A DNA stretch of 64,000 bases from Somniosus microcephalus (lineage: Eukaryota). How positions within the stretch are numbered: the first letter of the stretch is position 1; each line of letters starts with the position of its first letter. This document shows, one piece after another, positions 24,450-37,121 of this stretch. A program made the position numbers and the translations under genes. The notes beneath the pieces are model-generated. The model was not told where the DNA came from. It searched no databases and saw only the letters and a list, made by a program, of their open reading frames with translations. The stretch spans positions 58,838,001-58,902,000 of the forward strand of contig CM126223.1 of assembly GCA_052327205.1 (NCBI GenBank), read 5' to 3'.

Positions 24450-24782
24450 TGTTTGAGATGTGGGCGTCACTGGCAGGGCTGGCATTTATTGCCCATCCCT
24501 AGTTGCCCTTGAGATGGTGGTGGTGAGCCGACTTCTTGAACTGCTGCAGTCAGTGTGGTGAAAACTTTTCCTAGCAGTTTGCTAGGCCATTTCAGAGAGC
24601 CATTAAGAGTTAACCACATTGCTGTGGATCTGCAGTCACATATAGGCCAGACCAGGTAAGGGCGGCAGATTTCCTTCCCTAAAGGACATTAGTGAACCAG
24701 ATAGGTTTCTACGACAATCCGGTCACCATTACTGGTACCAGCTTTTTATTCCAAATTTTATTTAACTGAATTCCACAGCTGC
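24450..24782 (-). mobile_element. Shark SINE/LINE-tail composite fragment
   Basis: gcatttattgcccatccctagttgcccttgag...ccttccctaaaggacattagtgaaccag; recognised as a common elasmobranch repeat; family name uncertain. Confidence 0.6.
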
Positions 24783-24784
24783 AC

Positions 24785-25666
24785 ATGATGACACAAAGCT
24801 GGGTGGGCGTGTGTGCTGTGAGGAGGATGCTGAGAAACTCCAGTATGATTTGGACAGGTTGGGCGATATGACAGATGCAGTATAATGTGGATAAATGTGA
24901 GGTTATCCACTTTGGTGGCAAAAACAGGAAGGCAGATTATTATCTGAACGGCAATAGATTGGGAGAAGGGGAAGTGCAACGAGACCTGGGTGTCCTTGTG
25001 CACCAGTCGCTGAAGGTAAGCATGCAGGTGCAGCAGGCGGTTAAGAAGGCAAATGGTATGTTGGCCTTCATAGCGAGAGGATTCGAGTACAGGAACAAGG
25101 ATGTGTTGCTGCAGTTGTACAGGGCCTTGGTGAGACCACACCTTGAGCATTGTGTGCAGTTTTGGTCGCCTTATCTGAGGAAGGATGTTCTTGCCATGGA
25201 GGGAGTGCAGCGAAGATTCACCAGACTGATACCTGGGATGGCAGGAATGACGTATGAGGAGAGATTGGGTCGATTGGGCTTATACTCGCTGGAGTTTAGA
25301 AGAATGAGAGGGGATCTCATTGAAACATATAAAATCCTAACAGGACTAGACAAACTAGATGCAGGAAGGATGTTCCCGATGGCGGGGGAGTCCAGAACCA
25401 GGGGTCACAGTCTAAGGATAAGGGGTAAGCCATTTAGGACAGATGAGGAGGAATTTCTTCACCCAGAGAGTGGTGAACCTGTGGAATTCTCTACCACAGA
25501 AGGCAGTTGAGGCCAATTCATTAAATATATTCAAAAAGTAGTTAGATATATTTCTTAAGGCTAAAGGGATATGGGGAGAAGGCAGGGACAGGGTACTGAA
25601 TTTGGATGATCAGCCATGATGTCATTGAATGGTGGAGTAGGCGCGAGGGGCCGAATGGCCTACTCC
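24785..25666 (+). mobile_element. 5'-truncated CR1 LINE
   Basis: ORF 24875..25510 QYNVDKCEVIHFG..RDLGVLV..LYRALVRPHLEHCVQFWSP..RRMRGDLIETYK. Confidence 0.93.
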
Positions 25667-27490
25667 CACAGTGCTGTTAGGGAGGGAATTCCAGGATTTT
25701 GACCCAGCGACAATGAAGGATCGGCGATATACTTCTAAGTCTGGATGGTGTGTGACTTGGAGGGGAACTTGGAGGTAGTGGTGTTCCCATGCGCCTGCTG
25801 CCCTTGTCCTTCTAGGCAGTAGAGGTCACGGGTTTGGGAGATACTGTCGAGGAAGCCTTGGCGAGTTGCTGCAGTGTATCTTGTAGATGGTACACACTGC
25901 AGCCACGGTACGCCGGTGGTGGAGGGAGTGAATGTTTAAGCTGGTGGATGGGGTGCCAATCAAGCGGGCTGCTTTGTCCTGGATGGTGTCTAGTTTCTTG
26001 AGTGTTGTTGCAGCTGCACTCATCCAGGCAAGTGGAGAGTATTCCATCACACTCCTTACTTGTGCATTGTAGATGGTGAAAAGGCTTTGGGGAGTCAGGA
26101 GGTGAGACACTCGCCGCAGAATACCCAGCCTCTGACCTGCTCTTGTTGCCGCAGTATTTATGTGGCTGGCCCAGTTAAGTTTCTGGTCAATGGTGACCCC
26201 CAGGATGTTGATGCTGGGGGATTCGGTGATGGTAATGTCGTTGAATGTCAAGGGGAGGTGGTTAGACTCTCGCTTGTTGATAGTCATTGCCTGGCACTTC
26301 TGTGGCGCGAATGTTACCTGCCACTTATCAGCCCAAGCCTGAACGTCGTCCAGGTCTTGTTGCATGCGGGCATGGACTGCTTCATTATCTGAGGAGTTGT
26401 GAATGGCACTGAACACTGTGCAGTCATCAGCGAACATCCCCATTTCTGACCTTATGTTGGAGGCAAGGTCATTGATGAAGCAGCTGAAGATGGTTGGGCC
26501 TAGGACACTGCCCTGAGGAAGTCCTGCAGCGATGTCCTGGGGCTGCGATGATTGACCTTCAATCACCACAACCATCTTCTTTGTGCTAGGTATGACTCGA
26601 GAGTTTTCCCCCCCCGATTCCCATTGACTTGAGTTTTACTAGGGCTCCTTGATGCCACACTAGGTCAAATGCTGCCTTGATGTCAAGGGCAGTCACTCAC
26701 CTCACCTCTGGAATTCAGCTCCTTTGTCCATGTTTGGACCAAGGCTGTAATGAGGTCGGGAGCCGAGTGGTCTTGGCGGAACCCAAACTGGGCATCAGTG
26801 AGCAGGTGCTGCTTGATAGCACTGTCGGTGACACCTTCCATCACTTTGCTGATGATTGAGAGTAGACTGAATGGGCGGTAATTGGCTGGATTGGCTTTGT
26901 CCTGCTTTTTGTGGACAGGACACACCTGGGCAGTTTTCCACATTGTCAGATGCCAGGGTTGTAGCTGTACTGGAACAGCTTGGCTAGAGGCGCAGCTAGT
27001 TCTGGAGCACAAGTCTTCAGCGCGATAGCCGGGATATTGTCGGGGCCCATAGTTTTTGCTGTATCCAGTGCGCTCAGCCGTTTCTTTATATCACGTGGAG
27101 TGAATCGAATTGGCTGAAGACTGGCTTCTGTGATCATGGGGCCACAGGAGTAGGCCGATATGGATCGTCCACTTGGTACTTGTGGCTGAAGATGGTTGCA
27201 AACACTTCGGCCTTGTCTTTTGCACTCGCGTGCTGGGCTCCACAATCATTGAGGATGGGGATATTCATGGAGCCTCCTCCTCCCATTAGTTGTTTAATGG
27301 TCCACCACCATTCACGACTGGATGTGGCAGGATGCAGAGCTTTGATCTGATCCGTTGATTGTGGGATCACTTAGCCCTGTCTATGGCATGCTGCTTCCAC
27401 TTTTTAGCATGCATGTAGTCCTGTGTTGCAGCTTCCCCAGGTTGGCACCTCGTTTTTAGGTACGCCTGGTGCTGCTCTTGGCATGCTCGG
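25661..27490 (-). mobile_element. CR1-group LINE of a second family, RT region
   Basis: ORFs 25826..26575 ([24 protein letters not shown]), 26683..27012 (NYRPFSLLSIISKVME..QFGFRQDHSAPD), 26946..27245 (GPDNIP). Confidence 0.9.
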
Positions 27491-28512
27491 AACTTTGGTA
27501 GCTTTTGGGTTCACCTTGGTGCTCAGGAGATATTTAAATTTTGAGTCAAAAAGTAATGTTTCTGTTGGACATATTTTTTATATGGTTTGATGGTCAGTGT
27601 GCAAACTTTTGCTGAGGCTCCAATACTAATATTGATGTAAACACCATGAATAGAGGTTTCATCAGAATGTCCACAGGGCTTCCATCCAGATGTGTGTTCT
27701 GTACAAGTTGAACTTCTGCAGCTGTACTAAACTATTAATGCTCTGTCTTGTCTTGTATCCTTCAGAGTTTCAGACCTGTCTGTTCTCATTCCAGATGTCT
27801 GGTGTGTTGACAGCAGAAAGAGCTTTTGGCTTTTTGTTAGAGAGACATTTACCTTTTCTTTTGCTTTCAAGGTATCCTACTTCTAAAAAGAATTGGATGT
27901 TACCTACAATAGAAAAATGACACTTTTCTCAAATGTGCATGACCGGAATTGCATGCACAGTAAAGATTTGAATTGCCACTCTGCTAAACATGAGCATTGT
28001 TACTCTTTAAAGTCGGAAACGTTGTGCAAATTTAGCCGTGAAAAGCATCCAAAGATTAGATGCAGTTTGATGTCAAATCTAAAGATCAGATACTTAAGAA
28101 AAGTTTGCTGTTCTATGAAGCATAAAGTTGCAGCAGAAATTGAGATTAATACAAAATAAAAATACATCTTCATTAATTAAACAGCAATAAAGTGGTGCAT
28201 TCTATATGTGTAAATAAAGTAGACAACAAGCACAGAACTCTCCACTTTGACAGAATTCACAAGCTTTGAGCAAGATGTGAGATTAGACTTTTTTCCCCCA
28301 CCTGAGTGGATTTGGGGAACAGGCTCCCAGGAAAGGGGTTGATTCTGGGTCAATTTGAAAAGGCCACTGGATCAGTTGACTGTGGAAAGAATTGAGTTAC
28401 GGGTTCTGGGACATAGTGGATTTGTTTCTCCTTTTCTGCTCTTGTTATCTGACTGGAAACTGCAATATAATTTTGTCTGATTTTTGTTTTTAATCTTGTT
28501 TTTCTTCTCTAG

Positions 28513-28587
28513 AATGAAGAATTAGACAAGAAATATGCTGGACTGCTGGAGAAAAAATGGACCTCTGTGATAAGACTACAGAAGAAG
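28513..28587 (+). CDS. PAFAH1B1: LIS1 coding exon 4 (NEELDKKYAGLLEKKWTSVIRLQKK, coiled coil)
   Basis: tctctag|AATGAAGAA...AAGAAG|gtgagg; 75 nt; phase 0 at both ends. Confidence 0.96.
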
Positions 28588-29755
28588 GTGAGGTTCTAAT
28601 GTAATATGTTAGGCACTTGTCAGAAGAAATGACCATCAGGCCCATATGCATTTGCCTCATGTTCTGCTGGCCTCATCTCCATGTACATACCCTTCATCCC
28701 CAACTCATGGGAGAGGCAAAGAAAAGCCTCAAAAGTCAATACAGGAATCCAAAATTCCTCTCGCCCTTAAAGGCGATCAAGCAAACCCTAGGAGGCCCGA
28801 AACCTGTTAATTTTTCAAAAATGCATTTAGCACCACCTTAAGAACTGCGACCTCTTGAATCTGATTCCATATGTCCAACACCCTCTGAGAAAATCTAAAC
28901 TATTCCAGAAGGCAGCAAATCAAAATTCAGCATTCCTGAAATGGCATCGAGTAAAATGAGGGTTTTGCTTGAATAGATCTTCAGCTCCATGTTTTTTTTT
29001 CACAAACGAATTTCACTTTTATTTACGAACAGAGAATTCCTTTTAAAATCAAAGTCCTTGGGTTTATAGGTATGTCTCAAGAATTTGAGTCGAGGACTCC
29101 CTATCTGCTTGCAGTTGTCTTTGTTGACTGCAGTCTTTTTTTTAAAGAGATGTGGTGTCACCTTTACAATCCAGAAGCAGAAAGAAAATGCTTAGTCAAG
29201 TGTGGTGTTCAGTTTCATTTGCAGGGGGGGAAGGGGGGGGATGAACAATGGAAGAGACTGACTTAGTTTGCTTGAATTCTACGTTCTGCCAGATCATGGA
29301 GTAGCTTTTGTGGTTTTCTGCAACCCATAATCTCAGCTTAAAGCAGACACATGATGGAAAGCAGCTTGTAAGGTGTGAAGAAAAGCAGTACATCATTTCT
29401 TTCATCTCTCATTCCACAGTCTCCTTGGGAATAAGTAGGAATATCCAGTTGCAGAACTAAACCGTGGTCTTAATTTGGTGCCTAAATTAAATTTCTCTCG
29501 CAAGGAAACTGTTCTGCAGCATCTCATGGTTTAAGTGAATATGGTTTGATTTCTATTAGGCTTTCTTTGCTTTTGGTGATTCTTTCCATCCCCCAAAGGA
29601 AATTGCAAACGTTTAGAAAGCTTTCGTGTTCAGTAGATTTCTGTAGAACTCTTAAATGTCTTGAAAATGCAGGAAAATTCTCACTCAAAAGCAACTTAGT
29701 CTTTAAAAGAAAAATTAACTCCTTTAGTTTTTTTTCTCACAATTACAAAATAACT

Positions 29756-30469
29756 GGCCTGTATTTTCCGATGCCTACGGGTGTGTGCACGCTGTGTACA
29801 CACTCGTAGGAACATCTGAAATGCCGGTTTCAGGCATGTGCTGAAAACCGGCATTTTCGATCTGTCCAGAATCCTGTTGACCGATCGGACGCCTGCCCTG
29901 GAGAAGGGCCTCTGCGGGCGGAGAGTTCTGCTTTCCTCCGCCCGCTGAAATCACTTAAAAATTTTAAACGCCTGGTAAAAACAGGCGCAAGTCCTGCTTT
30001 TACCAGCATAAGAGTTTTAAAAAAAAAATGAATTTTCATTCATTTATAATTTTAAAAAGGTACGTTTATTTTTAGCCTCATAAAAAACTTTAATTTTTTT
30101 CAAAAAATTTAATTTTTGTTTAAAATATTTTATTTAATGTAATATTACCTCATTTTAAAAACATGATGGTTTTTAAAAAATTTACGTAATGTTTTAGTGT
30201 CTTTTTTTCAGTGATCCCCATTCATACTTTTGACAGGTCTATCTGTCAAAGGTATGAAGGAGGATTCCCTTCTTTCATTGACTCGCCTGGCCCACGTGAT
30301 CCCAGGGACGCTTGCAAACTGCCTGGGCTACGTGGGCCCTGCGCATTTCGACTGGAGAGGCCCAGGAGCGGAAATGGCCAGACCTCTGGAGCCCTCCGGT
30401 AAGGGCGTAGATTTTTTCCCGATAGGAGGCATCTGCACGCAGGAAGCCTACTGTCGGAAATTACGGGCC
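29756..30469. mobile_element. Multi-hairpin non-autonomous DNA element (PIF/Harbinger-like), copy 2
   Basis: act|GGCCTGTATTTTCCGA...TCGGAAATTACGGGCC|att (14/16 TIR match); same hairpin series as 5393-6169 in reverse order. Confidence 0.75.
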
Positions 30470-30757
30470 ATTATTTTTTGCATGTGATGGGCCCCATATT
30501 CCATTGTAGGCATCAGATATTTCCCCATGCTCACTCAGTACTGGGGTGCACCCTGTTGCTGCATGATTTCTCAAACTGCCCATTGAACCTTGCATCCATT
30601 AAACCTGGCCAGTGAAAATGGCTTCCCAAACTGCAATAGAATCTTCTAGAATCCCAGCCACTGCCACTTCCTCTTCCTCCAGTTGCGCGTCCAAGTTTCG
30701 AGGTTTGACTCCTATGAACTTGCCTTTTCCTCAATTTTAAAAATAAAATCCTTATGA

Positions 30758-31048
<291 letters not shown>

Positions 31049-32189
31049 TAACCACTGGGGGATTATGTAATGTGTGCCTAATTTTCCATCCAGGTACAGC
31101 TTGTTGCTAGCTAGTGGGCTTAGATCTATAGATCCATTGCTTAACTGACCGTACCCATGAGAAGAGAATAGCTGGTTCTGAATGGGGAAACTGAACATGT
31201 TTGAGAAAATATTATTCCACAGCGCAGTTTTAAAATTCAGTACTGTACCATCTGTTTTTGAAGGGGGAAAAAATGGTTAGGCTTTCCAATTTAATTATGC
31301 ATTGCAATGTTAATCTTATTGCAATGTATTGACTTTGAATAATGAATATACTGTCTACTGTTAACTGAGTCGTTTATTTACTCAAAGGTAGAGAATGCGA
31401 AGGGACTTAATTATTCCGTAGTTTGACTTGAACAATTTTAATAAAACTGCGTTCTTGCTTAAAAAAGTTTCCTTCACGGATAATTTAAATTAAGCGACTG
31501 TACGTGTGACAAGTCATATTTACTAGGAATAGATCTTCCCAGTAATAATTGAGTACCCTGGCGAATTCATCCTTGGGCAGGTGGTCTTTGGAGTACAGTT
31601 AGTCAGAGTGGGTTTTAACTGGATTCATTTTCTGGCATTTTACTGAATTACCTCTGCTTTGAGAGAAAATTACAGAGCTTTTATCGTATTGACTGTTTAC
31701 TTGTGGTTAGTTTATTCACTAGACTGGGAAAATTGTATACGGCAAAATGATGAGGATGTGCATTTTGGGCAAATGGGCTTTTCTCATTCGTGAGAACTAC
31801 AGATCATTTTTTATGAATGTGCAGTAAGGGTTTCAAAGTTATTAATTCCTAAGCACGGATATGAAAAAGCATCAAGGACACGGTGAACATTGATGGTTAC
31901 CATGTGCACAGCCAATCAGTGCTGGCACAAAACAGACCAAATAAACAGAACAGCTGCATAAAATTTGAAAACATTATGCCTGGTGGTGAGTGTATGAATA
32001 TACGTTTGCACTTAAGTTGGCCACCACACCTGGTCTTTTCTGTGGTTTGGCGTTATCTGAAGCTGTGTCTGGTTACTGCTTTGTCATTGCCCCCAGGTGT
32101 ATGCTGCTCCTGAAAATCGTTGTATAACTTTGAATGTATTGTAGTTTAACATTGCATATCTAATTCTTTTTAGCTTTCCGGTTAATTTT

Positions 32190-32470
32190 CTATCCCTCTC
32201 TCCTGAAGGCACTGACTCATACTTGGTACACCAGCTGCCCTTCACTCTCTTTGCCAAATGACTATTCTTGCATGATCTTGGACAGTGAGTGTCAGCAGAT
32301 ATTGGACTGTGAGGGTGATCACTACCTGGCCCAAGCCTGTCTTCACATGACATGTGCGCACACATTACAACAGGAATCACCAGTTGGCAATCAAGGCTAG
32401 AGACCCTGATTGAATTTTTTTCCCACCGCAAGCACCCCTGTTGAGTAATGCCAAGGCCAGTTGTTGAGCT
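32190..32470 (-). repeat. Old dispersed SINE-like repeat (same family as 11260)
   Basis: ctctcctgaaggcactgactc..ttgccaaatgactattc..gacagtgagtgtcagcag..caggaatcaccagttggcaatc. Confidence 0.5.
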
Positions 32471-33829
32471 CCTATTGTTATCCATGCTCTAATTAGCTAA
32501 TACAGCACAAAAAAGAGTTTGACCATTAAGGAGTCAACACCTTCAGGAGATGTAGAAATGGCAAAAAAGAGGAATAGGAAAGTTTTGGCCCTGTGTTTTG
32601 GACCCAGTTTTGACAATGTAGGTTTTTATGTTGCAAAGGGTTTCCTAAATAGTATCCTGACTATAGCAGAATATTTTTGTCATCATGGCATTGCATTTCA
32701 GTTTGGCTACAGTTCAAATTGGCTTCTTTTATTTTCCTGAGCATTTGCTTGGAGTGATTTATTTTCTGCATGAATGCATGCTACCACAGAGCTCATTAGA
32801 CTGGTGTGAGCTTGTGAGTGAAGTGTTGCCCTGCTTAGTCCTAGGGCCTAAAAGTGAAAATGGGCACTGCTGTAACAGTCCATGCATTAGACTTGCTGTG
32901 TAATGGAGGCACATTGCTTGGGGGTGGAGGGCAGGTTTTCTGCAAGATAGGTGATTTTTGACATCTTTCTATGCTGTGTTTGGAATTTTGATTACTGTAA
33001 GTCTTGAATTCTTCAGGGATTTCATCACTTGGAGATCGCCATATGGTTAGCTTGCTGAATGACGTCTAGTAAGAATGTGAATGCATTTAAAGCCTTTTTA
33101 ATTGTACAGTTCCAAATTATAGAGTAAAATTATCCTGTCTCTCTTTTTGTTCTTTGTTATGTTGCTTGCTTTTCAAAAAAAATCATTTTAATTAAGGCTG
33201 ACAGATAATGTCTGTGTTTCTCTCCCCGCAGCCCCCCCCCCTTAATCCTTCACAATGTTGAAGTGAGTAGCAAAAGAAAGGGGGGAAACAATTTGCATCA
33301 TTTTGAAACCTTTATAGATCTATGTTCATGTAGATTAGTAGTAGTTATTAAGAAGGAATGACAGAGATGGCAGTCAACACTGTTTATAACTTTTGTAACA
33401 GGCTTAATTAGCTGCCTTTTCAGAAGAAAGTGAGCATTTGTTTCCAAGATGAGAAACATTCATTAATGTGGTCATCACGTTGGTACAGAACTGTCTATTT
33501 ATCATGACGAATCTTGCTAAACCTTATCAGGGCTATAATAAATGTATCCAAAATATAGCAACTAGAGCTGCTGTACTGTCCAGCATAATCATAAAATGTC
33601 TATGGGCGTATAGCATGCCATCTCTAAACTGCTCTTTCAGTTTTGGATGGAGGGAGCTGCTTGGCTGCAGCAGGTTTATGATTGGATTTTTGGCATCACA
33701 AAAGCTGCCTCGTGGAGTTACATTTATGATCAATTTTAAAGCCCTGCACATCGAATAACTCCTTCAAGCATCCTGGGTTTTTATTTTGGCAAGATCTTAT
33801 CCATTAAACTCTATTGCTAGGTTTCCTCC

Positions 33830-34035
33830 ACTCCCCTCCTTTCCTAAAGGTGCTAAAATCTGGAGCGCAGATCCATTGCTTGCCCAAGTAGCTGTTCCCA
33901 TGTGAGCCAGTGAGTGTCAGAAGCCTATTTTACTATGTAGGGTATAAGAACTGAGCCCAAAGCTGTCCTCGCCCGATATCCACATAGACACTTCACAGCA
34001 GGAGTCACTGAACAGCTATCCAGAGTGGAAACTCA
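33830..34035 (-). repeat. Old dispersed SINE-like repeat (same family)
   Basis: ttcctaaaggtgct..ttgcccaagtagctgttc..cagtgagtgtcag..cagcaggagtcactgaacagctatc. Confidence 0.5.
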
Positions 34036-34043
34036 TCACCGGC

Positions 34044-34297
34044 CAGAACCTTTTATCCGGGACCGGCGTGATGCCAGTTGATCAAAAGTCCGGATTGCAG
34101 GGAGGTATACTTACCACGGTACGAGAGCCCCGTACACGGCCACAGGTGCAGGAACCCCGGTTACACGGCCACAGATCCAGGAACCCCGGTTACACGGCCA
34201 CTAATATACAGTAAAACGTAACTGAACCTACTCCTGAATTTTGCCGGTTAAGAGAGGTTTATGGATATTTAGGTGCCGGTTAAAAGAGAGGGTCCTG
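34044..34297. mobile_element. Tigger/pogo-like MITE, copy B (damaged left TIR, internal 29-bp tandem repeat)
   Basis: Right end ccggttaaaagagagggtcCTG|TA; shares TATCCGGGACCGGCGTGATGCC with the copy at 51540 and CTCCTGAATTTTGCCGGT with the copy at 3915. Confidence 0.7.
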
Positions 34298-35157
34298 TAC
34301 ATAGCTTAATACAACAATGGGTGGCCTTGCCCACCAAACCGTCAGGGAAGTTCTAGTAGATTTTTACAGTTTCCTGCATAGGCCTATCAATTTGTAGCTA
34401 TCTAAATGGTATGTATGCTGCCTGTAGTACAATCTAGTTTCTTTGTTTCAAGTATAGATACACATTTCACACTTTCACTGATGGGTATATCAATAAGACT
34501 GAGCAACCGTGGAGGCAAATGAAACTATATTTGCTTTAAAAAAAAAAAAAAAGCACATAGGTATGAGAAAACAAAGGCAAGGACTTTTTTAGTTTGTATT
34601 TTGGAGAGGTCAGTTCCTTTCACCCTTCAGTACTATAGCTTTTATAATGCTCATGTTTTTTGCCATATAATTGCTATGATTTGTATGTTGAAATTTTTGA
34701 AGTAGAATTTGATGTAAAGAAATACTTCTATTTCCTGACTACATGCACCAGTTATAGCTTTCAATGGAAAAACCATACCGTAACCTATAAAAGGATCTAG
34801 CGCAGAGAGTTATGAAACTGCTTAAATTGCCCATTGATTATTCTAATTGCCACTTTCTATTTGCATACCATTAGTCTTCGGTAGAAATTGCATTCACAAG
34901 AATAATTGCCTGCAACTCCATTTGGAATAAATGAAAAACCACATTTGCTGTCATTTGGAACCCAGCATGGCAATTTCTGATATCGCTTCAGATATTGCTT
35001 TCTCAGTGACGGCGTGGATTGTATTGTGGAGCAGTGCTCAAGAGTAATTAATTATTCACAAAGGTAGTAGACTGTCCTGCTGTGTGTAAATGAGAGAACG
35101 TAAAACTGGCAAACAATCCTGCAATTTGTTAACTCTGGTTTTATATTCACCTGATAG

Positions 35158-35358
<201 letters not shown>

Positions 35359-37121
35359 TAAGAGAAGCAGGAATGTCCTTACTAACTAGTAGGTGAGAAT
35401 CCATTTTTTTCATAAATTGCACCTTCAGCAGAATAGTACTTCATAAATCTAATGGTAGATATTCATCACTGTCAAAAATGCTAATTCCAAGGCCAAGGAG
35501 AATTTTTCTTGCAACGCTTCTGAAAATGTTTTAAATAATTTTCATTTCCTTAAGTTGAGATTCCTGTTTGACAATCTTACCTTTTATTCGATCACTCTGT
35601 GCCATGCAGCATTTCTAGTCAAGAAATGGTGTATGATTTACTCCTTGCTGTTTACCAATGCCACTTTGAACTGAAACTGGTCACTAGATGTGTGAGAAAG
35701 TCGTTTTGGGTGTCCTGCCTTGAATTCTCTCCTTTCTGTCTTGCTCCTCCCATCCCCTTCCCCAGTGAGAACACATCCTCACAACAGCTCAGCTGCAATT
35801 GATGTAGAGGGTTGTGGGCACAGTTCTACACACTGTTGCTGCAATTTTACTGCTCTCCAAGTGCTTTTTTAGATATTGTTTCATGCTTTCATAATTGTTT
35901 ACTGGTAGCTGTGCCGATTTTAATTGCTGTAATTAGGGTTTTAAATGTAAGAACTGAATTCCTCTGAGGTGGAGGGACTATCAAAACAGTACAATTTTGA
36001 ATTCAGGTAGTCTAAAATAGGTCTCTGCATCGTGCAATATGGACAGCCCTGGTTTAGTTGGTTTTATTTGTGCTTGCATTTTTTCTTTGCTGGTTTATCC
36101 TGTGTGAATTTCAAGTTATGTTAATGTCAACAACTTGAGATATTGCAGATGAGCATGGGCATTGTTTTAAATTTTACACATGGCCCATGAAGCTCTGGTA
36201 CAGACTTGTGCAGTCCATTAAAAAAAAAAGGCTTGGACATCGGTGATCTAAACCATGAGTACCCTGAGATTGTTGTGTGTGAAACTTCACCCTCACCCTC
36301 TTATCCCTCCTCTTTCTCTTTTTTCCCCCCCCCCCCCACCTTTTTTAATATTGTGCTTGTCAGCAGAAATGTCTGGATTGGGTCTCTTAGTAAGATGGCA
36401 AACATTCTGAGCATTGCAATATAGACATATACCAGGTTATTCACTGACTTGTATGTAAAAACTAAAAATGTCATAGACATGCAAGCAGAAGCTGATTTAA
36501 TTTGGTATTGTAACACTTTCTGGGTTTCTTTTTGTCTCTGATCCGTCGATCAGTTTGATTCTCTTTGGCATGTGGTTTTTTTTTTTTTTCAAATCAGCGA
36601 CAAGTGCAGAACCTTATTTAATATAACAAAGAGTAGACTCCAACGAGAGAATTGTAATTATACAAAGTCAGAAATTCCATTTCATCTCTGCTTTGTGCTG
36701 CATCTAGCCTTCCTAATGACAACCCTGATTTTAAACAACACCCTTGAAATATAATAAACAGTTTTATTTGCAGGTTTACTGCGTATTTAATTATTATGTT
36801 CATGAACAAACTCAACCTGCCATCCTTGCATAACCAGGTCAGTTATTGGCAGCGTGGTCTGACGATGCATGATACCCCGTAGGAATGGAAGAGCATCTTT
36901 GCAAAAATATTATCTCCCCAATATATTACAGGATGAATGACATTTTGACAATTGTAATTTTTCAAACTAGTTTACATGATGGGAAACCTTACACATTCAG
37001 CATATTTCTATTTATTTGTCATGCTCTATATTTTCAGAAAAAAACTTGAATGTTGCAAGAGTTACAGAGCTGACTTTGATATATCTATAGTAATTTTTAC
37101 AGATAATTAAAATTAAATGCA

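Noticed and set aside
20259-26575. Long RT-like ORFs (298, 189, 211 and 249 aa) as active or domesticated genes
   Set aside because: All are truncated or frameshifted LINE fragments with damaged motifs.
34700-35050. Possible conserved non-coding element or old palindromic repeat upstream of exon 6 (similar impressions at about 2080-2330, 27920-28150, 33440-33760 and 41640-41970)
   Set aside because: No termini, long stems or clear in-window homologues could be established by eye; cross-species alignment is needed.
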